DNA of 53,167 nucleotides from Dimorphilus gyrociliatus (GCA_904063045.1 CAJFCJ010000078.1:1-53167); one strand, 5' to 3'. Counted from the stretch's first letter, positions 1 to 10,963 are shown. Notes: generated from the letters alone by a model not told the origin. Numbers and translations are program-made.

Positions 1-4
1 TAAA

Positions 5-3000
5 ATGGAGAATAAACTACTCAACTATCATTATACAACTATAAAAGATTGCCTTGAGAATGTTAGTTTGTTTGAAACACATTTAAAATCCAAGAGAATT
101 GTAACAACAGATTCATTAGAGGAGTGTGGGAATTTTGAATCAATTTTTAAAAAGCATATTTGTCATATGAAAACAGGAGATTTAATTGAAATATTACTTA
201 ATATGGACTTGGAAAAATGTTATAAATTAGTTAATTTAATAAAAAATACATGGAATAATTTATTAGAAAAGAGAAAGGAATGTATAATGGAAGAATTTGG
301 AACAATTAAAAAATTTCCATTCCAAAAGTACAATGATACAAGTATTAATTTTAAAAACATTTTAACACCAGTTCAAATTGTTCCATCATCAAAAAATTCA
401 CAAAATAATTGTACTAATTATAATAGTGATATTGATGATGATATTTATCAATGTGTCATTGAAGAGGGTTGTCAGAGAATACTAGTAAGAGGAGATGCTG
501 GTATGGGCAAAACTTTCCATTCGATGAAATTATTATATAACTGGGCAACTAGTGATAATTCGTTGAGAGACTACTTACTTTTAAAAGTCAATCTTGCTGA
601 TATAGAAGATGATGACGATTTAGAAAAAACACTATTTCTAAACAATTTTACAGAAAACACTGGAGTAAATTTACAACTTTTTCAATATTTCTTTACTGAT
701 TATGAAAAGGATTGCAAAGAGAGAAAAAAGATACTTCTTCTTTTAGATGGAGCCGATGAGCTGAAATATGAAAATTCAAAATTTTATTCCATAATAACAA
801 AGATAAATCAAATAAAGTATCCAGTCATTGTTTGGTCAAGACACTGGAAAATGAGATATGTTATAGAAACGTATGATCGGATTTTTGAAATAATTGGCTT
901 TAGTCCATATAATGTCAAATTATATTTTCGAAAATTTTTCAATGAAGAAAATACGCCATCATTAACATATGAAAATATGTCAAATCAACTATTTAAATAT
1001 TTAAATGAAGAGAAAAAAGATATTCTAGAAATATGTCGTTATCCACTTGTTGCAAATTTAATTGCAGGTTTATGGGAGGAAACAAAACACGAAAAGTTGT
1101 CTGATGAATATTCAATTTTTAAGGAAGTTATTAAGATTACTCTCTCAAATAGAGGTATTGAAAAAGGTAGTAACAATTATATTGAAGCCATGAAATATTG
1201 TTCAAAAGTAGCATTTGAAAATTTAGTTTATGATAAAAAAATCAATTCAAATGAAATTTTTGAAAAAACAAATTATTTTGGTGGAATATTAACTCCAGTA
1301 AAAGTAAGAGCTACACTGAATTCTTCTACAAACAAAAATGAATATAAATTCATTCATTTCTCATTTCAAGAATATCTAACAGCAAATTATATCATCAAAG
1401 AATTCCCAAATGAAGTTTTAAATACAGAAACATTAAAATTAATTTTGGATAAAAGTAAAAATTTATATCTTTTAACGAAAGTTTTCTTGTTTATTCAGCA
1501 AAGGAACAGAGAAGTTTTCATTATTCTGGTGAAAATTAATATTAAAATTCTTTCAATTGTTTCTGACACAAATGAACAAATTATTCAACTTTTAAAAGAC
1601 AGGAAACAATCAAGTGAATTATCAGAAATTAAACTGTATTCATTAAATATGGAGATTTCAATGTGGAAACTAATTACTTCATTTTTTAATAATTCAATTA
1701 CAGAAATTGATTTTTTTCATGTTCAAATTGATTTTCTTAAGTTTATTGCCATTTCCAAATCGACTTTAAAAGGAACACTTAAAACGTTAAAAGTTTGTGG
1801 AGGTGTCAAAAATTCCATTTCAGTAGAAATTCTTGAAAAATTATTATATGAAATGGTAAATTTGGTTGAATTAAATATTTCAAATATTCAATTTGAGTAC
1901 AATGAAAAAATGGGAAGTGTTACACTATCATCAGAAAATTTAAAGAAATTAACATTGAAAAATTGTAATATTGAAGTTTTGGGAGAAAATTCAATTGATT
2001 TGCATTGTTCTAATCTTTGTTTTCTTAATTTATCTGGAAATAATTTACAAGGTAAAAAGTTGATGATTCAGCACAATAAAGTGCAATTGATTTTAATTGT
2101 TTTTATTTTGTTCACAGAATCCAGTTTAAAAAGTTTATTTGAAAACATTGAAAATATAATGGAAGATATTCAATATTTAAATCTGTCTAGAATGGAGGAT
2201 AATTCAATTGCTTTTGAATATGTATTTCAACAGTTTTTTAACTTTTCTTTTAATAATTTAAAATCATTAAAAATGAATGATTTTAGATCTACAATCAATT
2301 TAAATTCACTAATTCAATTCTTGAATAATCATAGACAAATTGAAAATCTTGAACTGAAAGGTAATAACATTGAAGAGAATTTGGAAAATTCCTTTTTCAA
2401 TTGTCTGCTATCAATGAAAAATTTGGAAATTTTAAAACTTCCACAAATACATTTTCTACAAGATAAAAATATGGAAATTGATGATGGCTACACTGGAGAA
2501 ACTTTTCTAAATTTAAAGTCATTAGATACTGGTGAAAATTCATTAGAGAATCCAAAAATGTGGAAATATTTTAAAAGAATGTTAAGTAATTCAAGAAAGC
2601 TAGTTGAAGTAAACTTAAATAATTCAAAATTTATTTCAAAGCAATTTCATATAATTTTGGATTTAATAAATTCAATTCCTTCATTAAATTATAGAGAATT
2701 CAAATTTTATTGTAAGAATTGTAATTTAAAGGTGGAGGATATTGAAAAAGTTGCAAAAATATCAATTTTCACACATATTGATCTATCATATTCAACATTT
2801 TTACAACATTCAAACTTTCCAAAGAATATAACTTTTGGAAATATTTTAAAAGAATTATGTCTGGAAGGTTGCTGTTTGGAAAATGAATTTCTTTCAAACT
2901 TTTCTGACTTACTACAAAATTTGTCTCATTTGACAAAACTCAATATATCCTATAATAATTTTGATTCAAATTCAACAAAGAAGTTTCTGTGTAAACTATG

Positions 3001-5011
3001 TGAAGAATCAAATTTAAAAGAATTATATATTCACAATTGTAAATGGAATTTGAAGTATATTATAACATTTTGTGAAATAATTGGAAAAATTAGCAAACTA
3101 CAAGTATTGAACTCACCATTTTTCTCAAATATAAACAATATAAATACTTTAAATGTAAAGGAAATTTTCAATTCAAATAATTTTAATTTACATTTTATTG
3201 AAATGATAATGAAAGATTTTAAAGATATTTTGAAAATGAAATATTTACATTTGGATGGAAATTTAAATTTGAATTCTGATGTGTTTTTACACATTCTTAA
3301 ACAAACTGGAAAAAATTGTTTGGAGACAATAATACTTCAAAAAAAGTTGAGAAATGATGAATTGAATATATTAAATACAATAATTCGAAATCAAAAATCT
3401 TTAATTAGTATAAAGCTTTGTCAACAAATGCCAAACATTTCATTTACAGAAACTTTTAAAGCGATTGAAATAATGAAAGCTTCCAAGTTACAATGTTTGG
3501 ATTTTACTAATTGTAATCTAAATAGTGAAACTGCTAATCTAATTCCTAAAATAATTGAGAAACATAGACAAATTACTTCATTATATCTTCATTACAACAA
3601 AATAGAATCAACTATTGGTAAAAAAATATTTGATACTATAAAGACTTTTTGTGAAAATTTGAAAATAATCGCTTTTGATGATTGTGAAATTGATTCAAAA
3701 GTTGGTAATATAATTGGTGAAGCAATTGGGCAGCAAAAGGAACTTGAACAACTTCTTTTGAATGGAAACAAAATAGGATCAAATGTTAGTCAACAAATTT
3801 TTAAAATGATTAAACAAAATTGTTTTAAATTGTCTGCTATTAATTTTGACAATTGTGAAATTACATGTAATGTTGGAAATATTGGTGATGCATTTGAGAA
3901 TTTGACCAGTCTAACAACTCTGACAATGCAGAATAATAATTTAGGATCAAAAGTTGGTGGAAATATATTCAAAAATATTCAAAAAAAATGTGTTAATTTA
4001 ATACACCTATGTTTTGATAATTGCAAATTTGACCAAGAAATGGGAGATGTTCTTGGTAATACTATTGCTAAACAAAAAAATTTAAATGCACTAGCCCTGT
4101 CAAATAACCAATTAGGATCAAAAGTTGGTAGAAATATATTTAAAAATATTCAAAATAAATGTTTCAATTTAATACACCTATGTTTTGATAATTGCAAATT
4201 TGACCAAGAAATTGGAGATGTTGTTGGTTTTGCTATTGCTAATCAAAAAAAATTAAATACACTAGTCCTGTCAAATAACCAATTAGGATCAAAAGTTGGT
4301 AAACATATTTTTGAAAATATAAAAAATAATTGTTTCAATTTATGCACACTGGCTTTTGATAATTGTAACTTGACTGAGTATGTTGGAAATGAAGTTGGAG
4401 ATGCTATAGGAAAACAGAAAAACATATCATTGTTAACTATGCAGATGAACAATTTAGGTTCAAGTGTTGGTAAATGTATTTTTGAAAACATTAGCCAGAA
4501 TTGCAGAAATTTAACAAGAATATCATTTGGTAATTGTGGATTTAATTCTAACATCACTAATATTATTGGTGAAGCAATTGGTAAACAAAAAAGTCTACAA
4601 TATCTTTATTTACAAAACAACAATTTAGGAACAGAATGCTGCAGAAATATATTTCAAAATATTTATCAAAATTGTTCAAATTTAAAACATATAAATTTGG
4701 GTAATTGTGGATTTGATTTTGAAATTGGTAATATTATTGGAGATGCAATTGGTAAACAAAAAGGAGTAGAATCATTAGTTTTCGATAATAATAATTTAGG
4801 AACAGAAATTGGTAGATATATTTTTGAACAAATTTTAAACAATAACTGCACTTCTTTAATTAATATTACGATGTGTAATTGTGAAATAAGTGATGTAATT
4901 AGGCCAATTGTTGCTGAGGTAATGGAAAGACAAAAATACCTTAAATTTTGTGCACTACAGAAAGTTCCTGTGGAACAATGCAAAGAATTTTTTAACTATG
5001 TAGAGTTCTAA
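5..5011 (+). CDS. NLR-type protein: N-terminal ~100-aa possible death-fold domain, NACHT NTPase, long LRR region (probable 66-nt intron at 2052-2117)
   Basis: Walker A GDAGMGKT, Walker B ILLLLDGADE, sensor-like VWSRH, winged-helix motif FIHFSFQEYLTA, and more than 20 LRRs (e.g. LSNNQLGSKVG, LQNNNLG). ATG at 5, stop at 5009-5011. The N-terminal domain identity is uncertain. Confidence 0.92.
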   Translation: MENKLLNYHYTTIKDCLENVSLFETHLKSKRIVTTDSLEECGNFESIFKKHICHMKTGDLIEILLNMDLEKCYKLVNLIKNTWNNLLEKRKECIMEEFGTIKKFPFQKYNDTSINFKNILTPVQIVPSSKNSQNNCTNYNSDIDDDIYQCVIEEGCQRILVRGDAGMGKTFHSMKLLYNWATSDNSLRDYLLLKVNLADIEDDDDLEKTLFLNNFTENTGVNLQLFQYFFTDYEKDCKERKKILLLLDGADELKYENSKFYSIITKINQIKYPVIVWSRHWKMRYVIETYDRIFEIIGFSPYNVKLYFRKFFNEENTPSLTYENMSNQLFKYLNEEKKDILEICRYPLVANLIAGLWEETKHEKLSDEYSIFKEVIKITLSNRGIEKGSNNYIEAMKYCSKVAFENLVYDKKINSNEIFEKTNYFGGILTPVKVRATLNSSTNKNEYKFIHFSFQEYLTANYIIKEFPNEVLNTETLKLILDKSKNLYLLTKVFLFIQQRNREVFIILVKINIKILSIVSDTNEQIIQLLKDRKQSSELSEIKLYSLNMEISMWKLITSFFNNSITEIDFFHVQIDFLKFIAISKSTLKGTLKTLKVCGGVKNSISVEILEKLLYEMVNLVELNISNIQFEYNEKMGSVTLSSENLKKLTLKNCNIEVLGENSIDLHCSNLCFLNLSGNNLQGKKLMIQHNKVQLILIVFILFTESSLKSLFENIENIMEDIQYLNLSRMEDNSIAFEYVFQQFFNFSFNNLKSLKMNDFRSTINLNSLIQFLNNHRQIENLELKGNNIEENLENSFFNCLLSMKNLEILKLPQIHFLQDKNMEIDDGYTGETFLNLKSLDTGENSLENPKMWKYFKRMLSNSRKLVEVNLNNSKFISKQFHIILDLINSIPSLNYREFKFYCKNCNLKVEDIEKVAKISIFTHIDLSYSTFLQHSNFPKNITFGNILKELCLEGCCLENEFLSNFSDLLQNLSHLTKLNISYNNFDSNSTKKFLCKLCEESNLKELYIHNCKWNLKYIITFCEIIGKISKLQVLNSPFFSNINNINTLNVKEIFNSNNFNLHFIEMIMKDFKDILKMKYLHLDGNLNLNSDVFLHILKQTGKNCLETIILQKKLRNDELNILNTIIRNQKSLISIKLCQQMPNISFTETFKAIEIMKASKLQCLDFTNCNLNSETANLIPKIIEKHRQITSLYLHYNKIESTIGKKIFDTIKTFCENLKIIAFDDCEIDSKVGNIIGEAIGQQKELEQLLLNGNKIGSNVSQQIFKMIKQNCFKLSAINFDNCEITCNVGNIGDAFENLTSLTTLTMQNNNLGSKVGGNIFKNIQKKCVNLIHLCFDNCKFDQEMGDVLGNTIAKQKNLNALALSNNQLGSKVGRNIFKNIQNKCFNLIHLCFDNCKFDQEIGDVVGFAIANQKKLNTLVLSNNQLGSKVGKHIFENIKNNCFNLCTLAFDNCNLTEYVGNEVGDAIGKQKNISLLTMQMNNLGSSVGKCIFENISQNCRNLTRISFGNCGFNSNITNIIGEAIGKQKSLQYLYLQNNNLGTECCRNIFQNIYQNCSNLKHINLGNCGFDFEIGNIIGDAIGKQKGVESLVFDNNNLGTEIGRYIFEQILNNNCTSLINITMCNCEISDVIRPIVAEVMERQKYLKFCALQKVPVEQCKEFFNYVEF
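3934..4320 (+). repeat. Recent internal tandem duplication of a 171-bp (57-aa) two-LRR unit within the NLR
   Basis: TTAGGATCAAAAGTTGGT recurs at 3941, 4112 and 4283 (period 171). The unit ...LIHLCFDNCKFDQE.GDV.G..IA.QK.LN.L.LSNNQLGSKVG is nearly identical at DNA level. Confidence 0.9.
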
Positions 5012-5077
5012 CATACCTAAATAAATTAGACATAAATATCTTTATAGATATGTTATTTAAACTTTAGAACTTTGAAA

Positions 5078-5540
5078 AGTCTAGAACTTTAAGGAGACCT
5101 TTATTTCATAGGAAATAGATTCTTTGGCCATAACAGATGGTGCCACTATGAAATTAACAAAGGAACAAACAATATAGAAAAAATGCATGTCAAACTTGTT
5201 GCATCTTATTCAAAAACAGATGCGGGAGAGGCAGGCTTGTTTTTGTAGTGCTATATGTTAGCCATAATTGATTAAATAGTTTTCGTGTTTTTGTTATATG
5301 TGCATTATGAGACCGTTACATTTCAACTTCGTAAGTCCTTTTTACCAAGTGAACCCAAGCTTTGGAAAATGTATAAAAGGGAATACATTTCCCCAGTTTG
5401 GCAGTTCAGTTCTATAACTGTCAGATTGTTGTTTAAAATTGCTTATTTAGAACTAGAAACTCATTTACTCAATACATATTCTTTAAATGAAAAATACTGG
5501 CATTTTGTTGATTAATTTCTACCGAAATTGCATTTATTAA
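5078..5540 (+). repeat. Dispersed ~460-bp repeat, copy 1; decayed transposase-like relic
   Basis: Aligns by eye at roughly 85% with 31987-32445, and more distantly with about 15630-15760 on the minus strand. One frame reads EINKGTNNIEKMHVKLVASYSKTDAGEAGLFL*. Confidence 0.8.
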
Positions 5541-5599
5541 TATGAGATGAGATAAGCTGTATTTTAAAAATATTCCAGTTGAAGAATACAATTTTTTTT

Positions 5600-6448
5600 C
5601 AGTCTGTCTTCGTAAGAATCAATTCCATTGTGGGGGGATGCCTCGACCTTTCTCTGAAGTGTGACTTGAGATCTCATTGAAAGGATGATTTAGATGAAGA
5701 GAGAACTTGTCATAAATTCAATTCAATGTCTACAAATTGTTTGCAAATTATTACAAAGAGCAATGATAAGAAATACGATGTAGAATATAGTTCTATGGAA
5801 CGATTACAAACAAAAGTTCTCTATACGTTCAACAGTTTAGAAAATTACTCAAGAGAATTAAGATGTGGGAAGGGTTTTACCAGTGCACAGATTATTTTTA
5901 TTGTATATCAATTGAGCAGATTTGTGATAAAAATATTCCACATTGCACATTAGCTGATGATGAAATGAATTGTTGTACGAGAGAGAAACATAGATATGAA
6001 AGAGATAGAAAAGTCTGACTTTTAGATATATTTTCCATTGCAGATAATTTCCAACCAAAAGGCTATTTCAAATGCAAGGATGAGTTATATTACATCAATA
6101 CTAATAAAATTAAATAAATAGTAAAAACTGCTCTACATTTGTTTGTCATTTGGAGATTTATTAACTGGTATATATGTAATCCTATTGGGAATAGTGGATT
6201 CCTTGTACAGAGGGAATTGTATATAAAAAGATCACTTTCGGAGACACAGCATACACTGCAAAATGATGGGAATATTGATCATTTTTTCAATAATATTTTC
6301 AAATTTTAGCTTGCTTCTAATTGCAATTATCATATTAAAGCCATTTGATGTTCCTAAAACTAGGCTTAAATTGTATACAAATTTTGTCTTATTCATTTTC
6401 TGTTTAGCAATATCAACCATCCCACTTTTCCTTTATGATGTAAAATAA
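5600..6448 (+). pseudogene. Decayed LGR/GRL101-like (LDLa + 7TM) GPCR fragment
   Basis: LDLa-like GGCLDLSLKCDLRSH*KDDLDEERTC at about 5630-5715. TM2-TM3-like SFGDLLTGIYVILLGIVDSLYRGNCI*KDHFRRHSIHCKMMGIL...LKPF at about 6140-6345. Multiple stops. Confidence 0.6.
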
Positions 6449-6788
6449 AGTACCTTTAGGAGAGATGTTGTATCTGAAAAATGCTAGTAAACCACTAAGT
6501 TGTTGAAGATTCAGATTTAACCCCTTAGCAAATAAAAACTTTCTTCTCAATGTTCGCTGATAATTGTACTTGTTTATTTGTCTGTTTTCACTTTGTCTCC
6601 TGACTTTTTAAAAAAGTTTTCTTATGTTATCGTATTTTTAGAAGTTTTTGTGGAGAAATTTCAGTGCTTTCTCATGTCTTTAATTTAATTAATAGTTAAT
6701 GGATTGTGTAACATTTTTATAACCTCCTGAAAGATGTGGAATTATTAGAAAGATTATCAGGGGCATTTACCAATATAACATTATTGGA

Positions 6789-7149
6789 AGGGGTCGAGAA
6801 AAATCGTCCCTGGGAAAAAACAGTATGATATTCTTTGTATTGAATGGTTTCTTGAATATTACAAGATTATACAATTTTTCAAGAATCTTTCTCTCCTGGT
6901 CAATTATTTTATTATTAATTCCAATATACTAGGCAAAAGAAGAAGGTAGGACTTTTGAAACAAGTGTTGGCATTACTCTTTCTTTCAGCTGAAGCAATTT
7001 TAAACAGTTTCTACTTACTAAAAGATAAGGCTTTTGTGAGAAATTTTTGGATTTTTTTCAATACATCGAAAGTACTTGAATTAAGAATTCAATTTATACA
7101 CCAGATTATTGAGAAGTATTGCATTTGCTGTCCTCGTGCAGAAGATTAG
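6789..7149 (+). mobile_element. Mutator-like (MULE) transposase relic
   Basis: KQVLALLFLSAEAILNSFYLLKDKA resembles RKLLALPFLPSQVIPPTFSTLKREA in the MULE at 33498-35460. GGGGTCGAGAAAAATCGTCC at 6789 resembles the MITE terminal repeat. Confidence 0.4.
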
Positions 7150-7413
7150 GTTAGCCTATACAAAAAAGGTTTAGTGCCTTAACATACTTTGTTAGTATTC
7201 TAGTAACTTTAAAACTTTATATAACACTGTTAGCTTTTTACAGTTTTAATACATTTTCATAAACATAGATTTATTATATTTTCATTATATTACCATTAGT
7301 TTCCAATTACCCTTGAAATATCTTTTCCCACACCTGCAACGTTTTTTCTCATACCTTTATTGGAATTGTAAACAACAGCAAGTGACAAAATAAATATTTC
7401 ACAAACCATTTCC

Positions 7414-9447
7414 CTAAGGATTTACATAGCATACATCAACAGGTGATAAGAGTGGGTCATTTACTGTTATCCTATAATAAAACCTTGAAATGACGTCATG
7501 TTGTCTTTCGCAGACAAAAATAAATCTGTGATAACCATTTTGACTAATTGCAGAAGTTTTCATTGAACAGAATCCATTCGATTCGTCTTTGTTTACATTT
7601 TCATAAAATATTTGAATATTTTGCATATTTTGAATATTTTGATCAAATTTAAAAACAATTTCCGGTTGAATATCATTAGAATGATAAGTTAGACCATTCA
7701 AGTTGAAAGTTTCAATTATTGTTGTTGAAGACAATAATGTCATACATGTCATTAATGATTTATCATTTAAATATTCATTTTCCTCTGCAATGCAAGACTT
7801 ATTTCTATGAATGAGAATCTTTTTTCCATCTGTCCAACAAAACAGACAAAATTTGTATAAATATACAAATACTCAACAAGAAAATATCTTCATTTCAATT
7901 AAATTTATTATAAGCCTACCTAGATCGTTGAATTTTAAATTATGGTTAAAATTCATTTCAGCATTCTTCCATAATATTTGTGAGAGCTTATTAATTTTGA
8001 ATTGAGTACTTATCAGTCTATTCACATTATAAATTAGACCTCTACCAAATTTAACAATATCGTTTGACGTTGATATCCAAAACCTATTCCATTCATTGCA
8101 TTTAATATTTTGTCTCACAGCTGAATCAGTAATTTCCATTGCAGGATCAAAGGTTATAAGACGACTTTTTGCAATATTTGATATAAAAATACTCATTATT
8201 GCATTATCGCCCAAATACAATGAAATGTATATTTCTCCACAAGAATTTTCTATGCTCTGTATTCCGTATAAGCTGAAACTGAATGCTTTGAAATTGTCAT
8301 AAAGCTGAGGCGGAAGTTGATAGGCAAAACTGGAATTGCCCTCAAGAAAGTATACTCTTTCAGCTAAAATTTAAACATAAACATTAGTGGTGTGTGTTAT
8401 TCAAGTTTGTAATAATGTAATATAGACTTTTGACAAACACTTGAATCTGGGCGAATCCAACATTGCCACTACCAACTTTTTCTCTCACTTTAAGACGAAA
8501 CCCCGTTTCGATAAATTCATTTAAATATTTAAAACATTGTTGAAGAGGAGTTTGCTTTAAATGTAAATATTTAAAAAAACCAGAAGTTCATTCCACCTTG
8601 ACTTTTGTAATATATTTGGCAATGTACTGCCTGCTAGTGAGGCAATAGATTGTTGGTTTGCCATATATTCCAAAGTTAACTATAATAAATTGTCCAATAC
8701 AAGAAGCTCCACTACAAAAAGCAGACCACTCCTGATTCTTTACTGTCTGGCTACTTATAAAATCCAATGCTAATGAACACTTCCAAATATTGCTTAGTGT
8801 GGACTTAGCTGAACAAGTAGCTCCATTACCTTTGAAACTTACATCTGTAAAATATTGAGTACTATCCTCATCTTTAGCAACATTACCTGTAAAAGAAAAT
8901 TTTGAATTGTAATGGCCTAGTTTAAAAACAATAACGAACTGTCATTAGCATAAATAATGATTGAACTGAAGCCAGAGTCCTTATTAATCTGTTTATGAAT
9001 TGGAGAGAAACCTATGCTATCTATTTCTTTACCAAAATTGAATTTAGGAAGGAAACATTGAATTGCAATTTCAGTATTGAGTGTCATTGTATAAGATTGA
9101 TGGCCATTGTAAGTAATTTTAACGGCTTTTGCCTTGTTCGATACAGTAAGAAATGTTTGAGAGAGACAAAATTCAGTGATATTGTAAACTTTTTTGAAAT
9201 TTATTGTAACATATTGAGATTGGCAATTTGGTTCACAATTTGTTTGCCAAATATCCATATTAATCCAATAAGGAGAAAGTAGATTTTCACATTTATAATT
9301 GTACTTGCTATTTGATGGTTTTACTGAAGAACTATAGCAGGTAGAGTTGACACTCTTATCAGCAATGTTAATCAATCTTCCTTCTAAATTCAACATAATT
9401 AGACAATTAATAAATAGAATAATATTCTTATAACAAACAAGAGTCAA
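7414..9447 (-). CDS. Four-exon secreted multi-domain protein: two discoidin/F5-8C-like repeats, a FAMeT (Methyltransf_FA)-like domain and a C-terminal beta domain; one in-frame TGA, start unresolved
   Basis: Exons 9447-8940, 8886-8428, 8363-7920 and 7829-7414 join through phase-consistent GT-AG introns of 53, 64 and 90 nt. Hydrophobic N-terminus; W-x-x-x-C...QYVTINF / QFIIVNF repeats; CNEWNRFWISTSNDIVKFGRG motif. TGA at 8588-8590. The listed start codon is TTG, not ATG. Confidence 0.7.
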
Positions 9448-9994
9448 TTACCAGTTTTTGCATGTTTTAAAGAAAGTAATAATAGAAATACAACCCTAAT
9501 TGTATAGATGATATTCATATCTGAGAGAGAAGAGGGGAGAAATGTTAAATACATTATATTCAAAAAGTTTTTATAATGTGGAAAGTGATTGATGTATATT
9601 TTAAGACAGTGAAAAGTTTTCACAAGATTAACATATATTACTAATCATGTCCAACTTGAAATATTAATCTACAGCATAAAGAGCTTTAAAGACTCTTCTT
9701 AAATCGACCTTTACAGCTTACAGCTAAATGTGAAAAATCTGTCCAAAAAACAATCCTAAATCTTTTGCTAATTTTACTTATTTGTAGGTTTTTTTTCACA
9801 CTTGTAAACAAGTCTCTTACTGAATAATTTCTTTTTCTATCAATTTTTTATTATAGTAAAATAAAAGTTTCTGTTTGCTGCATAAATTAGAATTCTACAT
9901 AAAAGACTTTCCTGTTACATACTGTAGCATAATTATTTCAATATGCAACAAAAGAGTACAAGAATAACCTCAGTATTTAGGAATAGTAATGAAT

Positions 9995-10201
9995 GGGGCC
10001 GACAGAAAACGTCCCCAAATGAGATTTTTGAAAGCAACATTTCGGATTGAAAAATGGTTAGGAGGGGTAAAGTAGCTTTTGATTTATAGTTAGGGGGGTT
10101 CCATCTAAGGGTTAGGAGCAATCAAAAAGGTTAAGGAGAGACAAGGGCTAGGTTAGGGTTAGGGTTAAATCATGAATTTGGGGGCGTTTTCTGTCGTATC
10201 C
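9995..10201 (+). mobile_element. Mutator-like MITE with telomere-like TTAGGG interior, copy 1
   Basis: TIRs GACAGAAAACGTCCCCAAAT / ATTTGGGGGCGTTTTCTGTC. Perfect 9-bp TSD GTAATGAAT at 9986-9994 and 10202-10210. Internal GGTTAGGGTTAGGG. Confidence 0.9.
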
Positions 10202-10613
10202 GTAATGAATTAATCAATTCAAATTTTGTTTGTAGTGGTAGGGAAGATTGTGCTAGAGAAATTGATAAAAAAGTCTGTAATATGCCTATCATTATCAAAG
10301 ACAAAATAATCAATGATATGAACTATTTGAATGGCTAATTAAATGAGTAATGTATTGACAAAATAGACCATTTTGAATATATTTCCAACTTGATTGATTA
10401 TCAATTGTCTTAATGGATTAGATGAATTCTTTTCCAATAATTCAAACCAGCCAATGAAATGCAGTTATAAACACTGCCAGAATAATGGGAAAATAATAAA
10501 TAATAAATTACAAAATTTCTATTATTATGGTTGTATTTTAAATATTCAAAATTGTAATTGGAAAGTAAAAAATAATTGGTTCCGTTTTAACCTAATTGAA
10601 AACGGAGAGGAAT

Positions 10614-10854
10614 TACAGTGGTGAAAGAAATTTTTCATTCGATGGACTGTTTTTTTGTAAGGGCTATGTTGAAGGGTAATCAATGGCCTCGTTTTGACTA
10701 AAATGTAGGAAATTTTGTCTAGTTTTGTGAGTAGTTTTCAGATACTCTCTACCTCTCCTAGTTTACAAATTATTTACATATTTTTGTCAGTATGTATAAT
10801 TCCATACGGAAATTTTTTGGAAAAGGCAAGCAAATTTTCCATACGCCCCATATA
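10614..10854 (+). repeat. ~240-bp dispersed repeat; uninterrupted counterpart of the sequence flanking the MULE at 33078-35756
   Basis: The left part matches 33078-33136 (TACAGTGGTGAAAGAAATTTTTCA...GTAAGGGCTA). The right part matches 35605-35756 (TGTAGGAAATTTT...GATACTCTCTACCTCTCCTAGTTTACAAATTATTT...). Confidence 0.85.
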
Positions 10855-10963
10855 AAATACGATTTATAAAAGCCACAATAGATTTTTTTAACTATTTGCT
10901 GTGAAATGCCAATTGCTTCAGTTTATGTTTGATAATTCTATCTCACAAGTACAAATCTCTTTA

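Noticed and set aside
3031-4983. Minus-strand ORFs inside the NLR (3031-3294, 3790-3972, 4243-4557, 4666-4983)
   Set aside because: Antisense shadows of a repetitive coding strand, with no motifs and mostly non-ATG starts.
8588-8590. Selenocysteine recoding of the in-frame TGA
   Set aside because: No SECIS was recognised, the position looks like Trp rather than a redox Cys, and the domain type is not a known selenoprotein.
10151-10164. TTAGGG runs as true or interstitial telomeres from chromosome fusion
   Set aside because: Only 2-3 units each, and always inside TIR/TSD-bounded MITEs.
10394-10624. LDLa-like NCLNGLDE peptide as a gene
   Set aside because: Only a partial motif, with a non-ATG start and upstream stops, and its 3' end runs into a repeat.
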